This document shows, piece after piece, positions 1 through 7,601 of a stretch of DNA of 19,414 nt (position 1 is the stretch's first letter; each line of letters starts with the position of its first letter). Source of the stretch: a virus (Duplodnaviria > Heunggongvirae > Uroviricota > Caudoviricetes). The notes beneath the pieces were generated by a model. It ran no database searches and was not told the DNA's origin. It saw only the letters and a program-made list of their open reading frames with translations. A program made the position numbers and the translations under genes. The DNA is taken from IMG/VR virus record IMGVR_UViG_2529292911_000011, one strand, 5' to 3'.

Positions 1-1260
1 ATGCCAAAACTCACAGATATGCAGATCCGCGCATGGATAAAGGCGGGAGACAGATTTGATGGCAAGGCAGACGGCAACGGCCTTTATATTTGCTACCCAA
101 AAAACTACACAGTCCCGTTCTGGCGATTCCGCTATAAGCTCGCAGGAAAGCAGCGGGCTATGGTTATAGGCTCTTACTCCGAACTGTCACTATCAAAAGC
201 CAGAGAAACAGCAAAAGAGCTGTCAGCCAGAGTTGCTCTTGGCTATGACGTAGCAGCAGAGAAACAGGAACGAAAAGCTGAAGCACTGGCAAAAATGGAG
301 GCTGAGAAAAACGCCATGCGCGTTTCAGATCTGGCCGCCGAATACTTCGAGCGCCAGATACTTCCAAGATGGAAACATCCCGATATCCTTCGCCGGAGAA
401 TTGATAAGGATATTAACCCCTGCATTGGGCATATGAAGGTGGAGGACGTTAAGCCACGCCACATTGACGACATGTTGAAAGGTATCGTTGACCGAGGAGC
501 ACCAACGATAGCAACAGATGTATTACGCTGGACACGCCGTATCTTTGACTATGGGATAAAACGCCACGCTCTGGAGATAAACCCTTGTTCAGCGTTTGAA
601 GTATCTGATGCTGGTGGTAAAGAGGTTTCCCGCGACCGTTGGCTAACTCGCGATGAGCTTATCAGGCTATTCGAGGCTATGCGCACCGCAAAAGGATTCA
701 GCCGCCAGAACGAACTGACATTTAAGCTATTGCTGGCACTATGCGTTCGTAAGATGGAGTTATGCGCCGCACGATGGGAAGAGTTTGATTTAGATGGTGC
801 GGTATGGCATTTGCCGGAAGAACGCAGCAAAAACGGAGACCCTATTGATATACCTCTACCTTCCCCAGCCGTTGAATGGTTGAGAGAGCTACACACCTTT
901 TCATGTAATAGCGCATGGGTGCTTCCAGCCAGGAAGATGCAAAACAGAATGATCCCACATATTCAGGAAAGCACTTTGCCCGTAGCACTGGCTAAGGTTC
1001 GCGCCGAAATACCGGATGTGCCTAATTTCACGATTCACGACTTCCGACGCACCGCACGTACTCATTTAGCAGCGTTGGGTGTTGATCCTGTCGTGGCGGA
1101 ACGATGCCTCAATCATCGCATTAAGGGCGTAGAGGGGATTTATAACCGCCATCAGTATTTTGATGAGCGTAAAGCAGCACTGGCACAGTGGGCTGATCTG
1201 CTGGTGGCACTGGAAAGCGGAAAAGACCACAACGTAACGCCTCTCAGAAGGGCGAACTAA
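1..1260 (+). CDS. P4-type tyrosine recombinase (integrase)
   Basis: 419-aa ORF starting at window position 1. N-terminal arm 'LTDMQIRAWIK...GNGLYICYPK...WRFRYK' matches the pattern I recall for P4/CP4-57-family integrases; C-terminal 'HDFRRTARTH' (H-x-x-R) and tyrosine region 'GIYNRHQY'. Minus-strand ORFs at 164-896 are antisense shadows. Confidence 0.9.
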   Translation: MPKLTDMQIRAWIKAGDRFDGKADGNGLYICYPKNYTVPFWRFRYKLAGKQRAMVIGSYSELSLSKARETAKELSARVALGYDVAAEKQERKAEALAKMEAEKNAMRVSDLAAEYFERQILPRWKHPDILRRRIDKDINPCIGHMKVEDVKPRHIDDMLKGIVDRGAPTIATDVLRWTRRIFDYGIKRHALEINPCSAFEVSDAGGKEVSRDRWLTRDELIRLFEAMRTAKGFSRQNELTFKLLLALCVRKMELCAARWEEFDLDGAVWHLPEERSKNGDPIDIPLPSPAVEWLRELHTFSCNSAWVLPARKMQNRMIPHIQESTLPVALAKVRAEIPDVPNFTIHDFRRTARTHLAALGVDPVVAERCLNHRIKGVEGIYNRHQYFDERKAALAQWADLLVALESGKDHNVTPLRRAN

Positions 1261-1355
1261 CTGAATAGATTGAGCCTAGCTCGACGGGGCGAAAAGCGGG
1301 AAGCCTTACCGCCTGGCTCAATCACAAAATAAGGCGCAGCGTAAAAGGTGACGCA

Positions 1356-1887
1356 ATGAAAAAACTACCACCAAATCTCTTTTTCCGACTTAATAGAGCA
1401 GCAAATTTATTAGAAATAGAAGTCGATGATCTTCTACTTATGGGAGTATCAGGCTCTATATTTTTGAGCACAATAATTCACCAGTATGAAGGCGTACTCT
1501 ATCAAGCGGGAAACTTGCCACCAGACCACGGCAGCAAAGACATAGAAAACTTATTATTTGGTTCTATTATTTCTACTAGAGAAGATACCGAAAGATATCT
1601 AAATGAAGGTGTTTTCGATGGTATGAAGTGCTTAGCAAGTGGATTATGGCACGTTCCTAGTGATTTCATTGCTTCCCTTGCAGGGGTTAAGAGAGCCCCT
1701 GACATTCCACTCATATTCTCACCAGCATATATAAAAAAAGAACTAGATATCACATCAGGACGTTACTTTTTCTACGATTTTCGCGAACATGATACCACCG
1801 TATCGTCTGTGGAAGATTTGTATATATCAAGACCGTGGGTTGAATATATAGCTGAAAGCATGGATAAAAATCAGCCAATACCCAGCA
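1356..1887 (+). pseudogene. 5' fragment (177 codons) of an AT-rich gene of unknown function, interrupted by IS10
   Basis: ATG at 1356 with upstream 'aaaaggtga'. The reading frame runs into the IS10 inside end at 1888 and terminates at 1922 within IS-derived sequence. Removing the IS and one copy of the target duplication joins it in frame to 3226-3539, giving a 281-codon ORF. Markedly AT-rich by eye relative to the integrase. Confidence 0.7.
1879..1887. repeat. 9-bp target site duplication (TACCCAGCA), left copy
   Basis: Identical 9-mer directly abuts both IS10 termini (1879-1887 and 3217-3225); 9 bp is the duplication length IS10 makes. Confidence 0.9.
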
Positions 1888-3216
1888 CTGAGAGATCCCC
1901 TCATAATTTCCCCAAAGCGTAACCATGTGTGAATAAATTTTGAGCTAGTAGGGTTGCAGCCACGAGTAAGTCTTCCCTTGTTATTGTGTAGCCAGAATGC
2001 CGCAAAACTTCCATGCCTAAGCGAACTGTTGAGAGTACGTTTCGATTTCTGACTGTGTTAGCCTGGAAGTGCTTGTCCCAACCTTGTTTCTGAGCATGAA
2101 CGCCCGCAAGCCAACATGTTAGTTGAAGCATCAGGGCGATTAGCAGCATGATATCAAAACGCTCTGAGCTGCTCGTTCGGCTATGGCGTAGGCCTAGTCC
2201 GTAGGCAGGACTTTTCAAGTCTCGGAAGGTTTCTTCAATCTGCATTCGCTTCGAATAGATATTAACAAGTTGTTTGGGTGTTCGAATTTCAACAGGTAAG
2301 TTAGTTGCTAGAACCCATGGCTCCTTTGCCGACGCTGAGTAGATTTTAGGTGACGGGTGGTGACAATGAGTCCGTGTCGAGCGCTGATTTTTTCGGCCTT
2401 TAGAGCGAGATTTATACAATAGAATTTGGCATGAGATTGGATTGCTTTTAGTCAGCCTCTTATAGCCTAAAGTCTTTGAGTGACTAGATGACATATCATG
2501 TAAGTTGCTGATAGGTTTCCAGTTTTCCGCTCCTAGGTCTGCATATTGTACTTTTCCTCTTACTCGACTTAACCAGTACCAACCCAGCTTCTCAACGGAT
2601 TTATACCATGGCACTTTAAAGCCAGCATCACTGACAATGAGCGGTGTGGTGTTACTCGGTAGAATGCTCGCAAGGTCGGCTAGAAATTGGTCATGAGCTT
2701 TCTTTGAACATTGCTCTGAAAGCGGGAACGCTTTCTCATAAAGAGTAACAGAACGACCGTGTAGTGCGACTGAAGCTCGCAATACCATAAGTCGTTTTTG
2801 CTCACGAATATCAGACCAGTCAACAAGTACAATGGGCATCGTATTGCCCGAACAGATAAAGCTAGCATGCCAACGGTATACAGCGAGTCGCTCTTTGTGG
2901 AGGTGACGATTACCTAACAATCGGTCGATTCGTTTGATGTTATGTTTTGTTCTCGCTTTGGTTGGCAGGTTACGGCCAAGTTCGGTAAGAGTGAGAGTTT
3001 TACAGTCAAGTAATGCGTGGCAAGCCAACGTTAAGCTGTTGAGTCGTTTTAAGTGTAATTCGGGGCAGAATTGGTAAAGAGAGTCGTGTAAAATATCGAG
3101 TTCGCACATCTTGTTGTCTGATTATTGATTTTTCGCGAAACCATTTGATCATATGACAAGATGTGTATCCACCTTAACTTAATGATTTTTACCAAAATCA
3201 TTAGGGGATTCATCAG
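1888..3216 (-). mobile_element. IS10 insertion sequence, complete copy (1329 bp)
   Basis: Inside end 'CTGAGAGATCCCCTCATAATTTCCCC' at 1888; outside end (reverse complement of 'CTGATGAATCCCCTAATGATTTTGGTAAAAATCATTAAG') ending at 3216; full-length transposase between them; flanked by a 9-bp direct repeat. Length is exactly 1329 bp. Single copy, no tet genes, so not a composite Tn10. Confidence 0.95.
1901..3109 (-). CDS. IS10 transposase
   Basis: 402-aa ORF 'MCELDILHDSLYQFCPELHLKRLNSLTLACHALL...' that I recognise as the IS10/Tn10 (IS4-family) transposase; lies entirely inside the IS10 ends. Confidence 0.95.
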   Translation of the reverse strand: MCELDILHDSLYQFCPELHLKRLNSLTLACHALLDCKTLTLTELGRNLPTKARTKHNIKRIDRLLGNRHLHKERLAVYRWHASFICSGNTMPIVLVDWSDIREQKRLMVLRASVALHGRSVTLYEKAFPLSEQCSKKAHDQFLADLASILPSNTTPLIVSDAGFKVPWYKSVEKLGWYWLSRVRGKVQYADLGAENWKPISNLHDMSSSHSKTLGYKRLTKSNPISCQILLYKSRSKGRKNQRSTRTHCHHPSPKIYSASAKEPWVLATNLPVEIRTPKQLVNIYSKRMQIEETFRDLKSPAYGLGLRHSRTSSSERFDIMLLIALMLQLTCWLAGVHAQKQGWDKHFQANTVRNRNVLSTVRLGMEVLRHSGYTITREDLLVAATLLAQNLFTHGYALGKL

Positions 3217-3225
3217 TACCCAGCA
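3217..3225. repeat. 9-bp target site duplication (TACCCAGCA), right copy
   Basis: Exact copy of 1879-1887, immediately after the IS10 outside end. Confidence 0.9.
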
Positions 3226-3539
3226 TACTCCATTTGGGTTCACACGATCTTTATGAAAAGGAATTTAAAAACATAGAGCATGGAAATAGAGCACGACATA
3301 GCCTGAACCGTGAGAATAGCATTATGGCGTTGATTTATGTGAAACGGCACTATCCGGAAGAGTGCAAAGGGAAAAACGGGAAAGAAACCAACGAAGCGTG
3401 GGCAAACGCTACGATAGACCACTGGCCACATGTGGGTGGCGATTATGATGAACCATCTACAGATTATTTAAAGAAGATCATATCTGACATGGACAGATTG
3501 CCGGAAAAACGTACCACGGCAGGAAAGAAGAAATCATGA
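3226..3539 (+). pseudogene. 3' fragment of the IS10-interrupted gene
   Basis: Continues the 1356 frame once IS10 plus one duplication copy are removed (junction reads ...QPIPS|ILHLGSHDLYEKEFK...); stop at 3537-3539. The ORF track shows it as an orphan 101-aa ORF from 3234. Confidence 0.65.
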
Positions 3540-3651
3540 TAATAAAATTTAGTATCGTGACAATAAAATTTACTGTAATTCACTTTTGAGCATGCACACC
3601 ATTAAATACCCGTAACGAAGCAACAACTATCGCTAAGAGGTTACGGGAAGC
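3539..3651 (+). promoter_or_regulatory. Putative alpA upstream control region
   Basis: Perfect 11-bp direct repeat 'AATAAAATTTA' at 3541-3551 and 3563-3573. 8-bp inverted repeat 'CCCGTAAC' (3609-3616) / 'GTTACGGG' (3640-3647) whose right arm overlaps the alpA Shine-Dalgarno 'AAGAGG'. No promoter hexamers were confirmed. Confidence 0.3.
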
Positions 3652-3855
3652 ATGAACACCGACACGATTCCTACAAAAGGCTATATCAGACGCTTTCGCC
3701 TGGCTGAATTGCTGGGCGTTAGTGTATCCACCATCGACCGTAAAGTAAGAAACGGTTCACTACCACGTCCGGTAAAGCTGGGAGAAAAAATAACTGCGTT
3801 TGATGCGGTTGAGATTCACAACTGGCTGGCAGAACGCCGCGGGAAGGTGGCCTGA
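3652..3855 (+). CDS. alpA: AlpA-family transcriptional regulator (phage-type HTH)
   Basis: 67 aa; 'RLAELLGVSVSTIDRKVRNGSLPRPVKLGEKITAFDAVEIHNWL' matches the AlpA helix-turn-helix pattern; SD 'AAGAGG' upstream; positioned downstream of the integrase as in P4-type islands. Confidence 0.85.
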   Translation: MNTDTIPTKGYIRRFRLAELLGVSVSTIDRKVRNGSLPRPVKLGEKITAFDAVEIHNWLAERRGKVA

Positions 3856-4286
3856 TGGAAAAGAAAAACCGCCCATTACAGGCGGCTAATTCAGATACTC
3901 GCGTATCTGATGTTACGCCCCTTACAAAATCCCTTCAAGCACCAAAGCGCACACCGAAAAAGCATCGTGCCAGAGTCTATATGCTGCGTACTGGTATAGA
4001 GGGATGGACAGAAAATGACATTCTTCGCTACTGCCGTCTGTCTTCTGGTCGTAACTATGCAACAGAGTTAGAACGCCAGCTTGGAATCACTCTGGAGCGT
4101 ATCGACGAAAAGAATCCTGATGGTATCGGAACACACCTTCGCTACCGTTTCTCCTGCCGCGGTGATGTTCTGAAAGTGATCACTCATATTAACCATCTTG
4201 CGAACATAAATGATCACAACGGACTTTCTCAGCAGGAAATTGCCGACATTCTGAAACTCTACCCGGACGCGTTTAACGCCGCCTAA
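3855..4286 (+). CDS. Hypothetical protein (143 aa), translationally coupled to alpA
   Basis: Start overlaps the alpA stop (TGATG). Basic N-terminus. No family recognised. Confidence 0.6.
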   Translation: MEKKNRPLQAANSDTRVSDVTPLTKSLQAPKRTPKKHRARVYMLRTGIEGWTENDILRYCRLSSGRNYATELERQLGITLERIDEKNPDGIGTHLRYRFSCRGDVLKVITHINHLANINDHNGLSQQEIADILKLYPDAFNAA

Positions 4287-4298
4287 CGGAGACTGAAA

Positions 4299-5132
4299 AT
4301 GAACATCGAAAAAAGCAGATTAATTTCTGAGGCCGCCCCTCATCTGAACGCCTCTCTGGGCACAATTAACGGTAATGAATTTGCCGCAATTGTCCCGGTT
4401 ATTCCTGGTCATATCGGTGGGCGTGAAACCAATATTGTTAGCGCAAAAGCGTTGCACAAAGCGTTGGGCGTGGGAAAAGACTTCTCTACATGGATCACTG
4501 ATCGCATCTCTGAATATGACTTCACCATTGGGCACGATTACTCAGTCCATAAAACAATTTCCCCAAATTTGGGGAAAAGCCCGAATGGCGCGGCTTACAG
4601 CAAGATAAAGCACTCTGGCAGACCCGGCAAAGACTATCTGTTAAGTGTCGGAATGGCGAAAGAACTGGCAATGATCGAACGCAATGATCAGGGTCGCGCT
4701 ATCCGCCGTTATTTCATCCAGTGCGAGGAAGAATTACAGCGTACCGTGCCTGAAATCGCCGCCCGCTATCGTCGCCAGCTAAAAGCCCGTATCAGTGCCG
4801 CAAACAACTTTAAGCCAATGTGCGATGCGCTGAATATGGCCCGTGCCGAGCAGGGGAAAACGACGCAGCAACACCACTACACAAACGAGAGCAATATGAT
4901 TTCTCGTATCGTTCTTGGTGGGCTAACTGCCAAGCAGTGGGCGCGGATAAATGGCTATTCTGGCGAACCTCGCGACCATATGAACGCAGAACAGCTTGAG
5001 CACCTCTCATATCTCGAAAGCACCAATATCACGTTAATTGATATGGGCATGGAATATGAGCAGCGCAAAGGAGAACTCACCCGCCTGTCGCAACGCTGGC
5101 TCGCCAAGCGTCTGGAGGTGGTCAATGTCTAA
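4299..5132 (+). CDS. Phage antirepressor-like protein (Ant/Bro/Rha-type N-terminal region)
   Basis: 277 aa; segment 'DYLLSVGMAKELAMIERNDQGRAIRRYFIQCEEEL' resembles the conserved core of phage antirepressor/Rha/Bro-N proteins as I recall them. Domain call is by pattern only. Confidence 0.65.
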   Translation: MNIEKSRLISEAAPHLNASLGTINGNEFAAIVPVIPGHIGGRETNIVSAKALHKALGVGKDFSTWITDRISEYDFTIGHDYSVHKTISPNLGKSPNGAAYSKIKHSGRPGKDYLLSVGMAKELAMIERNDQGRAIRRYFIQCEEELQRTVPEIAARYRRQLKARISAANNFKPMCDALNMARAEQGKTTQQHHYTNESNMISRIVLGGLTAKQWARINGYSGEPRDHMNAEQLEHLSYLESTNITLIDMGMEYEQRKGELTRLSQRWLAKRLEVVNV

Positions 5133-5307
5133 GCCAACAGGAACACCACAACCACAAAAACGCTACAAAGATGCCCACGGAGCACTCGTTACTGTCGAAA
5201 GCGTGTCTCACAACCGAGTGACGTTTTATCGCGACGGGTATCAATCGCCATGCGTACAACCGCTGGCACGTTTCATGAAGGAGTTCGCGGAGGTTAACAA
5301 ATGCTAA
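5125..5307 (+). CDS. Small protein (60 aa), possibly DUF4222-like
   Basis: ATG at 5125 preceded by SD 'GGAGGTGG' (5113-5120); the 89-aa track ORF from 5038 is probably an over-extension. 'RYKDAHGALVTVESVSHNRVTFYRDGYQSPCVQPLARF' resembles small prophage proteins annotated DUF4222 from memory. Confidence 0.5.
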   Translation: MSKPTGTPQPQKRYKDAHGALVTVESVSHNRVTFYRDGYQSPCVQPLARFMKEFAEVNKC

Positions 5308-6329
5308 CCGTCCAGAAGAAGACATTTTCACTGGCAGGTATGTCGCCAAAATCCAGCAATATGACGGCAAAGTCAGGCATTAATACAGCAGATGCAAGCA
5401 AAGTTTATCATTTGCTGGTGGTCGGAACGGATGCCTTAACCATACCAGAAATCTCGGGCGATGATATTAGCATTGAGAAGGTCAGCGGCTGCGCCAGAAA
5501 ATTTCTGGTCGTAGATGATGTCTTCCGCTCGTGTAGTGACTCCACAAAAACATTCGTCCACGTGCGTGACGTTAACGAAATGAGCGCGATGTACTGTGCA
5601 TCTGGTGCTTCCAATACTGAGTTTTCGGAGTCCATAAAAAAGAGCTTGCCGTTATGCGGCAACACGGTTTATGGTTATAAGGCACCTCATAAAACGGGTG
5701 CCGGGATTGGCCTCCCGCTGACAATCGAGGCGATACATGACGCGCCAGCGTCTTTTTTTGTATCGGCGCACACGCACACCTTATCAATGGTGGGCTGTAT
5801 GGGGCTACCTTCGGGTAGGCTGGTTTCCTTGATTGCCAGTAAGGCCAACTCCGTACAGTCCACCGCCAGCAAGATTGGTCTCTTGGGCGGTGGCTATAAA
5901 CCATCAATCAAGGAGGCTGCCACATGCTGGCTACTACCCCTACCCCAAAACCGCAATTTATCTGGATTATCGCCGCAGTTCGCCGCGATTGCCCGACAAT
6001 TACCGCCAAAATTCATCATATTGCTGCCGAGTCTGAACGCGATGCTCGCCGTTCTCTGGTGCGCGATCACGTCTGCTTTTTTGCTGGTCGTATCCGCATG
6101 GAGGTGGCACATGATTAAAACCTACGATGTGCATATGGATCCCCTCGAACGCACAAGCCAGATCATCACACTGACAGAAGTGATTAACGACATTCTGGTG
6201 AGCAACTCTCCCTCACGAGACGAAAGACTGAAGGCGTTACTCGCGATATTGGATCTCGCCGTTCGTGACGTTCATTTCCTGCTGGAAGGTGGACAAATGC
6301 CATGCAAAACGGGGGCAACCAATGAATAA
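5301..6329 (+). CDS. Stop-free 342-codon frame of uncertain coding status; its 3' 73 codons (from ATG 6111) are the best-supported part
   Basis: ATG at 5301 overlaps the upstream stop (ATGCTAA). The frame is open for 1029 nt. An in-frame ATG at 6111 has a strong SD 'GGAGGTGG' (6101-6108). An out-of-frame ORF with its own strong SD (5924-6118) sits inside it, so the 5301-6110 part may be non-coding or an overlapping gene. Confidence 0.3.
   Translation: MLTVQKKTFSLAGMSPKSSNMTAKSGINTADASKVYHLLVVGTDALTIPEISGDDISIEKVSGCARKFLVVDDVFRSCSDSTKTFVHVRDVNEMSAMYCASGASNTEFSESIKKSLPLCGNTVYGYKAPHKTGAGIGLPLTIEAIHDAPASFFVSAHTHTLSMVGCMGLPSGRLVSLIASKANSVQSTASKIGLLGGGYKPSIKEAATCWLLPLPQNRNLSGLSPQFAAIARQLPPKFIILLPSLNAMLAVLWCAITSAFLLVVSAWRWHMIKTYDVHMDPLERTSQIITLTEVINDILVSNSPSRDERLKALLAILDLAVRDVHFLLEGGQMPCKTGATNE
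5924..6118 (+). CDS. Small protein (64 aa), possibly Icd-like host cell division inhibitor
   Basis: Consensus SD 'AGGAGG' (5911-5916) 7 nt before ATG 5924; stop overlaps ATG 6111 (ATGATTAA). '[27 protein letters not shown]' resembles prophage proteins annotated Icd-like, from memory only. Confidence 0.45.
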   Translation: MLATTPTPKPQFIWIIAAVRRDCPTITAKIHHIAAESERDARRSLVRDHVCFFAGRIRMEVAHD

Positions 6330-6516
6330 CTCAATTAATCCCCCTCGCCTTACGTCCGCACTTCAATTAATCGAGCAAGCAGCGGCTGTCCTGGTTGCTG
6401 TCAGTCTTTCGGCTGAAGAAATGGACGCTGCTGATGTCGTGGATGCGATTAAAGCGTGCTCATCTTTGGTTAACGATGCCCGTGCCGAGCTGGTAATTCT
6501 TGGGGGTGAAAAATGA
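6322..6516 (+). CDS. Hypothetical small protein (64 aa)
   Basis: ATG 6322 with SD 'GGGGG' (6311-6315); start overlaps the upstream stop (ATGAATAA); stop overlaps the next start. Confidence 0.5.
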   Translation: MNNSINPPRLTSALQLIEQAAAVLVAVSLSAEEMDAADVVDAIKACSSLVNDARAELVILGGEK

Positions 6517-6776
6517 ATATCAACTTAATTTATCGTCATCCGTGTGAGCTGGAAATTGAATCATTGCTGGGGCGCGAAGAGCCATATCCAGACACATTCA
6601 CTCCCGCAGATTGCGCGACTGAACGGCTTACCAGAGCGCGCACAGGTCTGGTTCATGTGATGAATGAGATTGTTCCCTCGGTGGGAGGGGAACAGGCGAC
6701 AGTAATCAATAGCTGGCTACAAAAAGTTACCTCCCTGATAGATATCGGTTTAATCGATGTGGAGAGTGCGAAATGA
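6513..6776 (+). CDS. Hypothetical small protein (87 aa)
   Basis: ATGA start/stop overlap on both sides; part of the coupled operon leading to the primase. Confidence 0.55.
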   Translation: MNINLIYRHPCELEIESLLGREEPYPDTFTPADCATERLTRARTGLVHVMNEIVPSVGGEQATVINSWLQKVTSLIDIGLIDVESAK

Positions 6777-6994
6777 CCAACATCCAGCTCATTGAAGCGC
6801 AATGTCGCATCGAACAGGTTCAGACTGTTTTAGGGTTCTGGCTTGAAGGGGCCAGCCCCAGCAACAGAGACAAGTTAATGATTGGCGCGGTTATGTCACT
6901 GCTCAATGGCGTACCAGAAGCTATTCAGGAAGCGGACGAATTGTTGGGCAAATATGAGTTACAGAATCATTCAGGCGAGGCGAAACATGAATAA
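6773..6994 (+). CDS. Hypothetical small protein (73 aa)
   Basis: ATGA overlap with the upstream stop; its own stop overlaps ATG 6987. Confidence 0.55.
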   Translation: MTNIQLIEAQCRIEQVQTVLGFWLEGASPSNRDKLMIGAVMSLLNGVPEAIQEADELLGKYELQNHSGEAKHE

Positions 6995-7589
6995 TTTCTT
7001 AACTTTCCATGCAGAAGCAACGCCTGACGGCGTAAACATCATGTACCGCAGCAACGATGGCATGACAGAACGCGTTGAGACCGTCTCATATATTGATGCC
7101 GTAAATCGTCTGGATGCCGGGGATTATGACGATAAACCAGATGAAGGCATGTTTATACATCTCGCTATTGCCAGTGGCGGCAACCAGGGATATTTCGATT
7201 ACACATCACAGCATCACGTGATTATGTGGCGCTGGCTGATAGCAACAGCATTCATCAATGAAATGAGAAAGGAAAACGGCACCGTCAGCATTATTGATGA
7301 CAGTGGCAATCATTCCGTGGTTTCTGTTTATTCCAATGGCATCGTCGCCATGCCGCTGTATCCAGTAGCAGAGCGCCTCGCTATGGCAAACAACATTGAG
7401 GGCGCAATGATCGAGAAATATGGTGTTGATGTCGGAACAAAGAATGCCATCATTTTTTACAGCAACATGTTCGATGTCGAACAGGGAACACTCACTTCGT
7501 TTGGGCGAGAAGTGCTTGCCGATCTTCACAACAGCTTTATTGCCGAACTAAACGAAAACGGCATCCCAGAAGCACCAGTGACGCACTAA
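6987..7589 (+). CDS. Hypothetical protein (200 aa) immediately upstream of the primase
   Basis: ATG 6987 with SD 'AGGCGAGG' (6974-6981), overlapping the upstream stop (ATGAATAA). The track ORF from 6882 is probably an N-terminal over-extension. No family recognised. Confidence 0.6.
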   Translation: MNNFLTFHAEATPDGVNIMYRSNDGMTERVETVSYIDAVNRLDAGDYDDKPDEGMFIHLAIASGGNQGYFDYTSQHHVIMWRWLIATAFINEMRKENGTVSIIDDSGNHSVVSVYSNGIVAMPLYPVAERLAMANNIEGAMIEKYGVDVGTKNAIIFYSNMFDVEQGTLTSFGREVLADLHNSFIAELNENGIPEAPVTH

Positions 7590-7601
7590 ACGGGGGCCAG
7601 A

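Noticed and set aside
164-896. Minus-strand ORFs (67, 76, 115 aa) inside the integrase gene
   Set aside because: Fully contained in the well-supported integrase CDS on the opposite strand; typical antisense shadow ORFs.
1888-3216. Composite transposon Tn10
   Set aside because: Only one IS10 copy is present, no tetracycline-resistance genes, and the 9-bp duplication directly flanks this single IS; it is a simple IS insertion.
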